64,000 bases of DNA from Haplodiscus bocki (GCA_965655095.1 OZ296653.1:5704001-5768000); one strand, 5' to 3'; numbered from the stretch's first letter, positions 11,449 to 24,126 are shown. Made by a program: numbers and translations. Notes: generated by a model from the letters alone, not told the origin.

Positions 11449-11733
11449 TTAAAATCGGCGAAGAAGCCACAAGAAGATAAAAAGAAATACAGGGATGCAG
11501 ATCATGACCCACGACTGGTCTCCCGGCTCTCCGTCTCCCACAGGCCCAGGATTTGTGCAGAAGTCCAACACCTCTTGCACGCAGTGATGTCCCACGCATG
11601 TCATCTTGTCACAACATGTTATGGTCATGCCGGAGACAATTTTTTTTAAAACACATGACTCTTTGAGCTCTGAAACGCTCGACATTTTTCTTACACACTC
11701 TTTTCTTTTCACAATAAAACAACAAAAATACAA
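11449..11733 (-). CDS. small Cys-rich protein with C-terminal transmembrane segment (antisense accessory ORF)
   Basis: 'CCDKMTCVGHHC...FC', a P/G linker, then the hydrophobic WVMICIPVFLFIFLWLL followed by RR. Confidence 0.45.
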   Translation of the reverse strand: MYFCCFIVKRKECVRKMSSVSELKESCVLKKIVSGMTITCCDKMTCVGHHCVQEVLDFCTNPGPVGDGEPGDQSWVMICIPVFLFIFLWLLRRF

Positions 11734-11865
11734 AATTCTGAACTAAGTCAAAACCGCCTTTCGCCTTTCACCCGAAGCAAAGAAAAGTTGTCCATAACTT
11801 TTCCTTCTGGTGTATTGTTTTTTTCTCCCCGACACCTTCCGTGAAACTATTCAACTTTTTTCACA

Positions 11866-14335
11866 CGCGACATTTTTATTTCAGTACTTCCGCTCCTATT
11901 GGGTGCAATAGCTGCTCCGGCTGAATGGAAATGCGATATTATTGCTGACCAAAACTCTGGCACAGTACTTGCAAAAGGCATCATTTTCAACCACGTTACC
12001 AAAATTCTATTAGCTGAAATATTTATGTTGATTTTCTGGTTCCCTTTCCAAAGTTCGACATGAACGTGAGTGCCGACTTAGGCGCCTACATGGAGAAATT
12101 GGGAAAGCTTTGGAGCCACCCAAGTTGGGAATGTCATTTGGATTACTCCTCTATTTTTCAAACCAATGACTCTACGTTTGATATCGATTGGCTTTTACAT
12201 CATGTTCAGAACGAAGTTCGCACTGAACACGAGCTTATCGCTCTACGCAACTACAGTTCATCCTTCTTGAACACGCCACAGGGTACCGCCTCCGGACACA
12301 ATCGACCGCCGAGGGCAGCGCCACTTGCAATGATGGCGCTTGCTTCAGTTGGATTGTTCGGATCAGGAATTGCCCTTGGAGCTGGCGACTGCGGACTTAG
12401 AGGAATTTTTGGATCATGTCAAGAACGCGCTAAACAAAACGCAGCGAAAATAGAACAAATAGCAAAATTTACTGAATCTGTAGCAGAAGATGTTTTCAAA
12501 TTAAGAAGCGACGTGAACGATAAATTTTTCAAGGTTACGACGGAGCTCGCTGCACTTAAATCCGTTCAAAAGGAAATGCTTGGAATCCAAAATCGTAACT
12601 GGAAAGTTATACGAGAACATTTTGAAACATTTGAGCACAACATTCACGTTCTAAGAGACTGTGACCAGCTCTTATTCTCTCGACAGCAAATAAATTTCAA
12701 TTATGATATTATTTCTTCATTGCTGGTAGTAACTTTCGCCAACGTTAAAAGCTATAGAAGTGCTCTGTATACTTATCGGATTAACATGATGAATTCAATA
12801 CGGCCAATGCTCAATCATTATCTTCCTATGTCGCTAGTTTCCAGACAATCGCTCTTGAAACTTTCAGACAATGTAGCATTGGAACAATGACGAGTATCAG
12901 ACAGACTTTCTTTAGCAATTCCTCTTGTTGAAATATTAGCCTACCACGAATCGAAACTATTACGTGATGTTATAGTCGTCGAACAAGGACTTATTATGCG
13001 AATAGCAATTCCACTAGCAATCAAGGAATCAGCGTTTACAGTCTTTCGGGCTATAGCAGTCCCTATGCCTCAACCGGAAAATGATATGGCAATTAAATGG
13101 AAATTAGAAGCACCTTACTTAGCAATTTCAGAAAATAACGACGACACACATTTCTTAAGTGTATATGATCTCTCACGATGTATTGGATCTACTCGTTATC
13201 AATTATGCCTAGATATGATTGCAACTGAAGCAGGGCACGAGTCCTTCCTAGCAACTCTCTACTTCAAAGAGAGCGTTGAAGCTCTACAAACTTGCGATAC
13301 TGCACAAATAATATCACCGTCGACAGAAAAAGCAGAAAATTTAGGCTATGGCGCTTGGCTTGTCCCTTCAGCTACAACAGCTTATACATTGTACGAATCG
13401 GATACTGAATCTACTACGTCTTCGGGAATTGTTAAGTATCCAGGATGCCGAATGTGTATAATTACATTGAAGTGCGGAAGGCAAATGTCTGGTCCTCACG
13501 TCAATATAAGATCTGACCTCAGTACTTGCGAAGAACTTCCAGCTATCAAAGTGAATGTGAAATTTCCCGATCCCTTGAAACAGTTATGGAGTGAATTACC
13601 AGCATTTGAGGACATGCCTCATTACGCTACGAAGACAGAGGCAGGAGTTGCTTTACTCAAAGAAGTCCGTGAACGCTTACTCGAAGGTCCTTACTTGCGC
13701 GACCCGAAAAAAACTTTTAGACATAGCGCGTCCTATTACTTCTAAAATGACACAGTTGCGACCTTCCCTTTCTAAAGAATTTGAATCACAACTTTCTATT
13801 GATCTTTCTCTGATCATGAGTCTGATTTCTTTTCTTGGTTCTATGCTACTTCATGTAATTGTTGTTTGGCTGTATCGTCGCTATAAACATCGCCACCCTA
13901 CTATTCCACTTTGGTGTGGCCTCTTTTGCCCTAGAACGCCTAAAGAAACGCGAACAATAGGCTGCTCTGAAGCAGCCCCTGCTTACAGTGCTGAATTAAA
14001 ACCAGTACACATACAGGCTACTTATTATTCGACAAAAGTTGGAACTCTTACTCCAGCTCAATCACAACAAAGAAACGCGAACAATAGGCTGCTCTGAAGC
14101 AGCCCCTGTGTACAGTGCTGAATTAAAACCAGTACACATACAGGCTCCTTATTATTTGACAAAAGTTGGCACTCTTACTCCAGCTCAATCACAACAAAGT
14201 CTGCGCGCGAAATCGAACATAAACCTAGCTTCCCATCAGGAAGTCCATTCGACTGCGCCGCCAGTTGAGGCTCTTCAAAACCCAGGAAATCTCTCGAGAA
14301 GTGCTTCATTGCACAATGTGCAGCAAGCCCCTTGA
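11866..14335 (+). pseudogene. env: env-like class I fusion glycoprotein
   Basis: Signal-like 'IFISVLPLLLGAIAAP'; RPPR followed by hydrophobic AAPLAMMALASVGLFGSGIALGAG; long heptad/coiled-coil region; Cys-rich region; TM 'LIMSLISFLGSMLLHVIVVWLY' then RRYKHRH. Broken by frameshifts near 12030 and 13710 and by TGA at 12888. Confidence 0.85.
13942..14195 (+). repeat. 127-bp tandem duplication in the env cytoplasmic tail
   Basis: 13942-14068 is nearly identical to 14069-14195. AAAG occurs at the start of each copy and again immediately after the second. Confidence 0.95.
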
Positions 14336-14774
14336 CCGACATACAGAAAAAAAACGGTTATACTGACCGTTCGGGTCCTTTTTCGAACCGTTGGAAAAGG
14401 AACCAGAACATTTTTTTTGCAAGCTGATTGAAGTGATCATTGTCTTTTCGAACTTTTATTCACTCGAATCATTTTCACTTTCATCACTGTAGTGCAGTGA
14501 AATTTTCAAAATATAAAAGCATCCTGGGACTGGACGACAGTGTGTTGGCAACACAACGACAACTATTCTCGGTTCTGCATATTCATTTTGGATTTTGATT
14601 TTCATATTGGAATTATTCTCAACTCTTCAATGATATTTTGGATCGATTTGTACCTTTTGGTTTTGGAATTTTAATTTATACTATGCCATTCTGGAGATGC
14701 CTGTACTGCATTTGGGACCCTGGTTTTCCTTCGCCGTCTTCCTCTTGATGATGAACCAGCGGCGAAGTGACAGC

Positions 14775-14791
14775 AAGGAGGGTTGTGTAAC
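14775..14791 (+). other. probable polypurine tract and start of the 3' LTR (TGTAAC at 14786)
   Basis: AAGGAGGG-TTG-TGTAAC downstream of env. The LTR end cannot be fixed because the partner LTR is not in the window. Confidence 0.55.
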
Positions 14792-16732
14792 ATTGCATGT
14801 TATGCTTGACCTACAACAGAAGAGACTTATCTAAGGAATGTGCCCATCAAACTTTATCTTTACAGGAAATGTGAACAAAACTTAAACTTTGCACTTCCAG
14901 GAGCCTAAACGGCGCTATGTTCATGATAAACCTCTGCCGCTTATCATTTGTTTAAACATTACCTAATTAAATAATCTATACTCTCTAAAATTGTCTAAGT
15001 GTAATATACGTCTTCGATCATATTTTCAAATGTCTCTCCAGACTTTTGATGTGCGCTTATTTATGATCTCTACTGACAAGTAATAAGTTTATGCGAGGTT
15101 CTGTTGAGTTTAACTATCGGTCAATTTTCTTTCATATTCCCTAGAAGTTTTGTTCAAAACTGCCCCAACTTTGAAATGCCATCACAATCTGACTGCAGTC
15201 CTTCACTTACTAACTTTTGATTGAGGTAACAGAATAGCTTTTCCAAATGAACTTGAAAGTGGAGCAGTTTTTGGCTATTTTGCATCCTTTTGCCAGATTT
15301 CAGCCTTATATCCTACAAAGTTGGTCTCAAAACGTCGCATGATCACCAGAGGATTGTGAGAGAGACTCCAGTGTATTACCAAGTGCAGTTTGGTTGTTGT
15401 CAGAGAATGTTTCGGTAAATTTTTCCGAAAGGAATTCTACAGTTGAGCAGTTGTTGCCTGCTTCGAAATTTTTGTCAAAGTTTAGTCCTATATCGTCGGT
15501 GCTGCGCCCATAAAATACCCATTTCAAGCAAATGAATAACACACAAACTTTTGTGGTACATACCAAATTTTGGTTGTGTTCAGAAAATTTTTGCGAAAAC
15601 TTCCAATTCTAAATCATTGGCCTTACAAATCCGTGAGTAACCGTGGATTCAATTCGAAGGTTATTCTACGTTTTGCTTGCTTCTTCTAGAAGATAGTCCT
15701 TAGTGCCTATGTTTTGATGAAACCTACTGAAAATTTTTTTCACTAAGAAGCCATCCAAGGTGTTTTTTGAGCTTCGAGTAAAACGAAAAAGTTTTGTTTC
15801 TTGTTTTTGCTTGTTTGAGCAGATATCCGGTGTACATTTTTTCGTCAAAAAACACAGTAATGTGTCAGGGCGTGTGAGACCTAAGGAAGTAATTGCGTCT
15901 GATTCATTACCGGAGTTTTTTGTGCGAATTTCTCGCCAAAGTTAATCGGGGAATTTTGCGCCTTCATTGGTTCTTCAGCCGAAAACTTGTGAATACAATT
16001 CGTTTTACCTAGCTTTGAAGCATGCTAGTCTTAGAACTTCGTACATCTTGACTCTCAGGCTCGGCTCGTAGCTGCGGTACGTACGCTAGTGAAATTGTCC
16101 ATTAACCAATATTTTTTGGAACTTTTTCAAAACTGAAACTGCTTGTTTTGTCTGAAAATGTTTGTCGCCTTTACTTTTTGGGCTTTTTGTTTCCTTCACC
16201 TTAGAATTGACTCACATTAATCCTAGGCGCTAAGAAGCTCAATCAGGGATCTTTTGATGAGTTACTTCAGTTTTTACCCTGCGCAAAAATTAGTTTTTGT
16301 TACCGATTTTTATCGGTTTTTGACTGCAGCAGAAAAGAGGCTTTTTAGTGCTTTTCAATGGGCCAAAGGTGCTAATTTTGACTTTTTAAAAATAAAATGT
16401 TAGCACTTTGTTTCGATTGAAACTTTCTAGGTACTGGTCCAAACTAATGCGAAGTAAGCACCATTCTAGCGAAATACGTTAGAATTGTCAAGCATAGCAA
16501 CTTCCCTGATTGTTCCGAACTTTTTCTTTCAGTATCAACGTTCTACTAATATATAATACGGTTGACAAACGAAAGTTAGCCGAATACAGATTATTATAGT
16601 CTGTTCATTTTTGAGGTTTTTAGCGATGACTTATGGTAATCGAGAAATAGCTAATTTTGTGGAATTCTCCCTTCTCTTGGATTCTAAATCTGCTTGACTG
16701 CAATTGTAACGAGACGGCCGACTACCATCAGC

Positions 16733-17174
16733 ATATTTTCCGCCTTACCATTTTGGTAAAGATGCCTTTTTAAAAGATGAGAGCGTTTTTTTTCCGAAAT
16801 ACTCTGTTTCGTCGTCATATTTTTTAATTTTTGTTGAAAAAACATCACAATTAAGGTGGAAAAGGCATTTAGGAAATACTACCATTCGATGCGCATTTTA
16901 CAAAACGTTTGCCACATTTAGTGATTTTGAAAAAATTCAAGATTTTTTTCGAAAAAACCTATCCATTTTTTCAGAAAAAAACATTTCGTTTTTTTTTTAG
17001 AAAACTTACTATTTCAGTCGCATTCTACGGCAAATGTGCTACAATTTGGTGTAAAAAGTTCACGTTCAGAAACGTGAACGAACATCTTGAACGCAGATGG
17101 CTAACATCTGGTAAAAAAACGTTCCATTTGAGAGGAAGATTTTCCTTCCATATTTTATAAATATGGCGAAGAAT
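16733..17174. repeat. MITE-like/interspersed repeat remnant
   Basis: Imperfect terminal inversion TATTTTCCGCCTTA ... TATGGCGAAGAATA; internal degenerate direct repeat (~16880 and ~17005); hairpin GTTCACGTT-CAG-AAACGTGAAC near 17058. Confidence 0.35.
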
Positions 17175-17979
17175 ATTGAAAACTCATTAGAAGGACATAT
17201 TTAGCAAAGGTCAATAAAAACCGGGCCATTTGTATGAAAAGATTTGAATGTTGGAGAGTTGACGAAAATAGCTAATACCTCGTTATTTATCTCTCAAACG
17301 TTTGACGTTTTTCCATTCAAATCAACTTTTTGACCACGAATTTTGGTGCTTAGTGGTACTTTTGGTGCTCTACGTACGGTTAGCCAATAAATCAATTAAA
17401 TTTGAGCATTTTTCTCAGAACTTCAGTTCTTTTGCTTCTCAAATCAGTATATTAGCTACACAAGCATCAAATAGCATAAAATCTCGTAGGTTGCTGCTTT
17501 GAACCGGCTCTTCAAGCTTCATTCTTGGCAAAAAATATTCTTTGTTAGCGTAGATGGTGCCTATAGTTTCGTGCTGTTGCATTTTGTGACGTCATCAGCG
17601 AGTCTAGTCTGAAGCTTCGGAACTTTTTAGAAACTGGTTGTTGAACAACGATTCGTAATTGACAGTTCGATGGCTCACGAGCGGGCAATAAAACGTCGCT
17701 ACTTAGTGAAACGCTGTAGAAGCTGAAGCAATCATGGCTCCTTACGTAAAAATCTTACCTATAGAAATCGAATTACAATTAGAAAGTTTTTGAAATTAGA
17801 TTCAGTGAAAAGGGGCTGAATATTTTCGACCAGGTGGGGTATATGAGGAGTGATACGTAAATTATAGAAGATGAGTCGACGACTTGTTTCTCTGTAAAAT
17901 CATCATCGTGTCTAAATAGCAGCAGAACTGAATGAAGCAAGAATTTCACTGCAGTTTTGAGTCCATATCCATTAAACAA

Positions 17980-18272
17980 AACATCAACGAGCCAAGAATT
18001 GTCAAAGTCGGTGCCGCCCGTATGACTCAAAATGCTCATAGAAAACATAGCGTATGCTTAGATTCTAACCCGCTACCTGCCGATTCTGTGTATTTATTAG
18101 GGGGTATCGCGAAAACTTTTGGACCGATGATTCGAAGTTTTCGAAAATAGGTCGATTATTGGTATAAAATAAAAGTTTCCGGTATAAAATGTAAAACAAC
18201 ATAGCCTGCACCGGGGATCGTGCCCTCAACCTGAGGCTTCGCAGTCCTCTTCCTACGCACTGGGTCATATAA
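17980..18272 (-). mobile_element. tRNA-derived SINE-like repeat, copy 1
   Basis: The reverse complement aligns with 31260-31590 across the tRNA-like head, the 'aatc.tcggt..aa...ttttcg.gatacc' block and the 'ttttgag.catacgggcggc' block. Confidence 0.7.
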
Positions 18273-18725
18273 AACATGGAAACTCCAATATATGTAAGAT
18301 TGGGGGTATCACGAACATTTTAAATTTTTGCGCAGTTTAGAAGCAATGAAGACCGTCGTCTATTTGACCAACTCTTAAACATGGATCAGTTCGTTGTGAG
18401 TTCTGTCATCTAACGAAAAAATCACTACAATAGTCGGCCTCTTTACTAAAACTAAAGCACCGAGTAAAAGCACTACTGATATGCTCTGGTGTTTCTGGGG
18501 CCTGAACTGGGTCAAGTTGCTGACAATAATTGTTGATTGAAAGTTTATTTATTCGACAGTTGTATTTGTAAAAGCTAAATATTTGGTACGAATGTATTGC
18601 AACTAGTTTAACACGGAGCTATGAAGTTACTTGTTACCCAACTCCGGACATAACCATGACTTTATAAATCCATCTTCGCTTGTGTTTTCAATTTTCGGTT
18701 GACTTTGTTGAAGTGACGTTTCCAG

Positions 18726-18941
18726 GCAATTTTAGATCGACTCTTCTGGGCAGCTTCCTTGCCAGACTTTTGGCCCATCAGAGGCAGAGTAGACGAACTG
18801 AAGACGACAGTGTTGTGAATGATGTCATCAGATTGAACTATTACGGAGACTGGGGTCAGCAGTTCAATCTACTGCTCACTTACTGCAAACAACTAAACGA
18901 AAAATTTGAGCCTGAAATTGAGAACAGACACGACAAAGGAG
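18726..18941 (+). CDS. RARS2: arginyl-tRNA synthetase (mitochondrial-type) exon, first visible
   Basis: Acceptor tttccag at 18725; (G)NFRSTLLGSFLARLL...VIRLNYYGDWGQQF is the second half of the HIGH region plus the ArgRS NY.GDWG.QF motif. Probable GC donor AG|GCAAG. Confidence 0.88.
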
Positions 18942-19493
18942 GCAAGAATTGCAAATATATTTATAAGAATACAAAGAAGAACCCGGCAAACTCCGGAATA
19001 TTTTCTGCTGTCCAACTTAGGAAAAAAGCGTTAAAAAAAGTAATTCGAACAAAATATCAGAGAATTCTTCTAAATTTGGCTTAAAATTCTTAAATTAATT
19101 CATGATTTTTTCGGATTTTTGATCAATGCTACTATATTAGACGGATTCTATGACAAATTTGGCGAAATACAAAAGTTCGATTGTGCAGTTTTGCATATCG
19201 TGCAGTTTTAATATAAAAAATCTTAATGTTGAATGAATGATTTTCCTTCCAAATGAAAATAGCAAGCCGTGCATGCTGAAGTCGGCGCCTCCGTCGACTA
19301 TCGGATTCGTGGGAAATCGTCGATTTCAGCGGTGTTAGAAAAGCAAAAGCTACTGGTACAGATTGGCCATTTTTTTGATATCGAAGCCATGTTACTCGGT
19401 TTTTGTTTTATTTTTTTCTGAAGCTTTTTCATTCATGCGACGTAATCCAAAATAAATTTTATGCGACATTTGATTTTTTCATGCAAACGGAGC

Positions 19494-19722
19494 AAATCTG
19501 CGTGGCAGTACAGGAGAGACCATACGGACCATCATAGTAGCAATGAGAATGCGCCAATCAAAAAGTTTCGGATTTTTTTTCGTGTTCCGCAGTCAATGTG
19601 CTTGGATTTTCGTGCGAATTTTTGAAAGAAGTTCATTTTTTTCCAAAAACGCAACAAATCTGCGTGGGAGTATAGTTTTGACCATACCCATCATATTGGA
19701 GGTAAAAGAGCGCAGATTAAAG
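19494..19722 (+). repeat. two degenerate ~70-bp direct repeats about 160 bp apart
   Basis: CAAATCTGCGTGG.AGTA.AG....GACCATAC...CCATCATA at ~19494 and ~19655. Confidence 0.6.
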
Positions 19723-22700
19723 AAAACTTCTCTGAATCCTCTCCGATTGGTGGCTCTTTTACTTCTGTTTTTATGCGAGCGGAGCGAAACCTATTCTCCA
19801 CTCTCAATATGTCGAAATGAGTTTCGTTTTTTCCTCTCCCGTGACATCCTCCTACGTTTTATTTCTCTGTAAAACTAATTATCTGGGCACCTTTTAGGGG
19901 AATTTTTCTATTTTTCAAAGAAACAACTGCTGGACGATATGTGAAATTTTGGGCTGTCGAATTTTTTTGGCTATTCATCAGCAAAAAAAAGTAAAATTTT
20001 GGAATCTTGATAGAGCAAAAGCTATATTTTTGGGTCTTGTACAGCAAGCTTTGAAATACTATTGTTTTTGCCCGAAACGATGAGAGACCATTCCTCAGAG
20101 CAGTTTTTAGTGACATTTTTGATCAATTTTTTTTCCGCCAAAAAGGGCGAAGATTAATAATTTGTTCAAATTTTGGGTAGTTTCTCCAGTTTCAATTTTG
20201 TTTTTGTTCTTCATCGGACCGATACTTCATTCAAGCATGAATAGAGTTATTATCAAGGTCGTTGAGTGCAGACTAATGTTTTTCCTTAATGTGCAATTTG
20301 TTGTACTTTTTGAAGAAATATTGGAGAGTAAAATGCCATTTTTTCAGAATTAATATGGAGCAATCGTATTTTTTTTGGGAATTAATGGGCTGTCCAGATC
20401 CTTTTTTCGATCACCTGAAGGTGAGGAATTACGATCCCTACTGTGGTTTTTGAAACATCTGCATTTCTGTGTTCTGTTGGTGAGTCTTTTACTCAAAAAG
20501 TTGAGTTTTCGAAATTCTTTGAAGGATAGACTCATATTAGGAGCGCTCCGTAAGCATTAACTTCGCCCATATCCTACATAATGGTGAACCATGGTCTTCG
20601 TTGAGTGTATGCCACCTTTCAATCAAGTTTCGGTTCTCGAAAATTTGAGTGAATATTCCAGGAAATTATTGGAAAACCAATGGCCTCAAGCTGGGTTAAT
20701 TAGTGTGTGATACTTGTTGAATGAGTGCAGCAACATAGTAATACATGGTTCGTATCGTCAATAAACTTTTTGGCATGAAATTCTGGCCGAGAAAGTTTTT
20801 ATTTTTCAGGATTTTGAGCAATTATCCAAGGCTCTTTATTCCTGCTGTTGAAGAAGGGGTAAAGCAGACGCTGCGGTTTTGACTAGCTCAAGCGGTTGCC
20901 TTCGAGCTGGAATTGAGCGATAATCTATTTTGATGTGAGAAACTAATTTGCATTTTTCGTCAGGCCTCAGATAGACTGTGGCCTCAAATCACTGCGTTAT
21001 CTCGCGCATGTTTGGAGAAAAGCTTTTCTGGAGCTCTCTTCCTTGCTCTAGTGGTTGCTGCTCATCGCAAGCTTGGTGCTAAGCACCTTAGTGTCTTTGT
21101 TCTTGTGTTTACTTTCAGCAGCTTTCCTTAAGCTATAGCGAAGATCGCCCTGTATACTTAGATTCCAAGTAATTGTGGTAGTCGGAGCGTAGATTCTCAA
21201 ATTTGCCACAATCGCATATTGTTTTCCGCTTGGTGAAAACATGAGCACTCATTGCGTCTGAATATTGTTGGTTCCCAAAGTGTCGAAAAATTCCCTACTA
21301 TTCAAAGCGTCGGAACTGACCGGTGATCACTTTTTCCGAGATCTTCGGCGTTTTGATTTGTCTCCAGTTTAACGACGCGATGGGATTTTTTACTGACTAT
21401 CTGTTTTCGTAGCGCTCAATGCTTTGCACCCTTAGTGCCTGTTTCATTCTTTTTTGTTCTGAGCACACCGGGAATCATTTTTTTGATGGTTTTTCGTGAA
21501 TGTCAGTCGGAGCTGATTTTTTTCAGCCAAAGCTGGCAACGGCGAAAAAATTTCGTTTTACAATTGTAAAATATTTGGCTTACAAAAAGGCCTCGCGGAA
21601 ATTCTGGTGATTGTTTTTTAAGTTGTTATTGTTACGATGGAGGTGTCTGAAATGGTTTGGGTCTCTGCTTCAAAATGAAATCTGAGAAGGAGAGCATTGC
21701 GAATGTTTTTTGTTGCAATTTACTTTGGTTATGTTCTTTTTGAGCTTTTTCGCATGGTACATTCATTCGACCTGTACATTTTAGCAAGCGAGATCCCTAT
21801 TTCATTCAACTTAACGGGGATTTCAATCGGTTCATTCCTTGGTCGTTTGCTTTGTTTAGACGCTAATTTTTTCATTGCATTTTCTTGTTGATGATTGGCC
21901 ATTCAAATTGTTGAAACTCGACCATTTTTCTTTCATTTGGTTTTTCCGCCTCCATATGTCTTCTGAAAAGCAAAATTATACCATGGCTGATGTCATGTTT
22001 CTTCTTATTTTTCTGACACGGTCTGCCAATTTAGAATTTTCACTTCAAATGACAGATTGTTTACTTCTAATGAGAATTTTTTCACTTCTTGATCATAACT
22101 ATTTGCCACATCAACATTTAATCAACTGATTTGAGTTTCAATGCAAACTTTGAATAAGTTTCAGACATTTTTCTGTTTTAACTACATTTTTAACATTGGT
22201 TCCCTAATTTGTAAGGCGGAAATTATCCCGGAGTTTGCCAGGCGTCTTGTTTGTTCTTTTTTCAACTTTATCGGTCAGTTTATGTTAAGATGTCTCACCT
22301 TTTCCCTTTCTGACAATGGTAATTTCTCGGCGCTGGCTTTTCTTGAAGTTTCATCGAGAGTTTATGGAGGCTGTTTTACAAATACTTGAACGAAAATATT
22401 GGAATAAATCAATGATCTTTCATTTTTAATTTACTCGATTCGAAGTTTGAGCCGCTCCAGGGGCATTTTTTTTCAAAAAACAGCCGACTGATATTTAAAA
22501 TATTTTTTGGGTCATCTTTTTTTAATTTTTTTTTCATGAAAAATGGTGATTTTTTCCCATTCTATCTCGAATTTGGGTTCTCAATCATCAAAAAGTTTCT
22601 GTATAGACTCATTAAACCATTGAACTCTGTTTCTAGCCAATATGCGTTGTGCACTGTTGTTCTATTATGAAATATTACAAACCGGAAAAGGCTCCAAGTC

Positions 22701-22885
22701 TCTTAGAATGCTAAGGGTAGTTATTTTTCAGTTTCTGTTGTCTGGAAAATGAGGATAAATAGTTTCTGTTTAAGCGAGTTTATTGGAGAACAACTTTCAT
22801 ATTTCTGTGCAACCAAAAACAATCAAAATTGTATGAGATGACTTGCCTGTTTTTTATGTGTTCATACTTGGCTCTTTTTGCTCAG

Positions 22886-23180
22886 GAAGCGACCCTTATC
22901 TTCGTGGTCAGGACGATCTAGAGCTTGAAATAGAATCACTGAACATCGAAGATCTTTTGCAGTTATATTCGAAGGCTTTCCATTTAAGTCAAACTGACGA
23001 ACGTTTCAAACAGAAATGTGCTGAAACGCAAACTTTGATGGACGCTGGAGACGAAAGCTGTTTGCGGCTGTGGAAAATCATTCAGCGCAAATCTCTGCTC
23101 TATTTCAATTGCATCTTCACTATGTTCGGTATAGAATTTGATCAGCAAATTGGAGAGTCGCAGTACAAACACAAAACTAG
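22886..23180 (+). CDS. RARS2: RARS2-like exon
   Basis: tttttgctcag acceptor, AG|gtgac donor; 'GDESCLRLWKIIQRKS...FGIEFD...GESQY'. Phases 1 and 2 match the neighbouring exons. Confidence 0.92.
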
Positions 23181-24126
23181 GTGACCCACAAAAAAATGCT
23201 TAAAAAATTTGCAGGTCTCTTCACAATTTTACCAACCAATTTCTCATGAAACTTGAAACAAAAACACGTTTGTTAATAGATGCCAAATTGGTTCCACCGA
23301 CTAATCTCTTCTAGACTCGAAGACTATTCGTCCAAAATTGTGAAACAAAAACTAAAGGCTTGCTGAAAATCTTTGAGCAAACTCTACCCTGCTCATCATA
23401 GGTTTGGCGAAATTGGTTTTGAAAAAAAAATATCCATGTTTTCCAAAAAGTGCCCTTTCGTTTCGAATTTTTGAATGCACGGTATGACTTTTCAATCATG
23501 GAAAACTCACGCATGCTTAAAGCATCTCAGTAAAAATTGCATACTTTCCGTGATGATCCGTGACTAAGATGTGTAGATAATTTTAGTGAATTGAGCATGA
23601 AATTGTCACATTCACACTTGCCAAGAATTGGAGTTGTCAATTCTGACAATTGACGGGCGACACAGAATGACTGGAGGGGAATTCCGGCGTCTTCCTTACT
23701 AATTTGGAAGTAGAAATTGAAGATCTCTTTCTAATCCGATCGATAGTTAAATCTCGTCGGTCAAAATCTCCAAAAGTGCAAAAATAAGTGAAAACACCAA
23801 AATTGATTTTGCGTCCGATTTCGATACAAACAAGGACGTTGGTAGTCTTATCAAACTACAAAAAACATTTGGTGCCACCATTTTTGTGCCCATCCATTTA
23901 GATTTTGAGATTGATAGCCGCCACTGATTTTGCTATGGAGTTGTCCATTAGGTATAGTCACCACTGTGGTCTACACTTTGATGTTCGAATCGAAGTAAGT
24001 GTGAATTTAATTGGACGATTGAAACAAGAAGTGTGGAAACATTGTGAGAAGTTATCTTCTAGTATCAGCTTAGCTAATTTGGCAGATGCAATGTAAAAAC
24101 GAATGTTATGTTTCTGGGTCATCTAG

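Larger units (their letters stand above)
233..14785 (+). mobile_element. Ty3/gypsy (Metaviridae) LTR retroelement internal region with env and accessory genes, degenerate
   Basis: Domain order gag-PR-RT-RH-IN is diagnostic of Ty3/gypsy. It is followed by a macrodomain, small ORFs, an env-like ORF and a purine tract before TGTAAC. Many stops and frameshifts. The 5' LTR/PBS is not recognisable and probably lies before the window. Confidence 0.93.

Noticed and set aside
1725-12890. APOBEC-like G-to-A hypermutation (TGG to TAG/TGA stops, protease D to N)
   Set aside because: Too few events, mixed with other substitutions and indels; not distinguishable from neutral decay without a consensus.
15297-15414. 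Possible exon (ttttgccag ... CG|gtaaat; DFSLISYKVGLKTSHDHQRIVRETPVYYQVQFGCCQRMF)
   Set aside because: Splice signals are plausible, but the product is unrecognisable and its phase does not join the RARS2 exon at 18726. Left uncalled.
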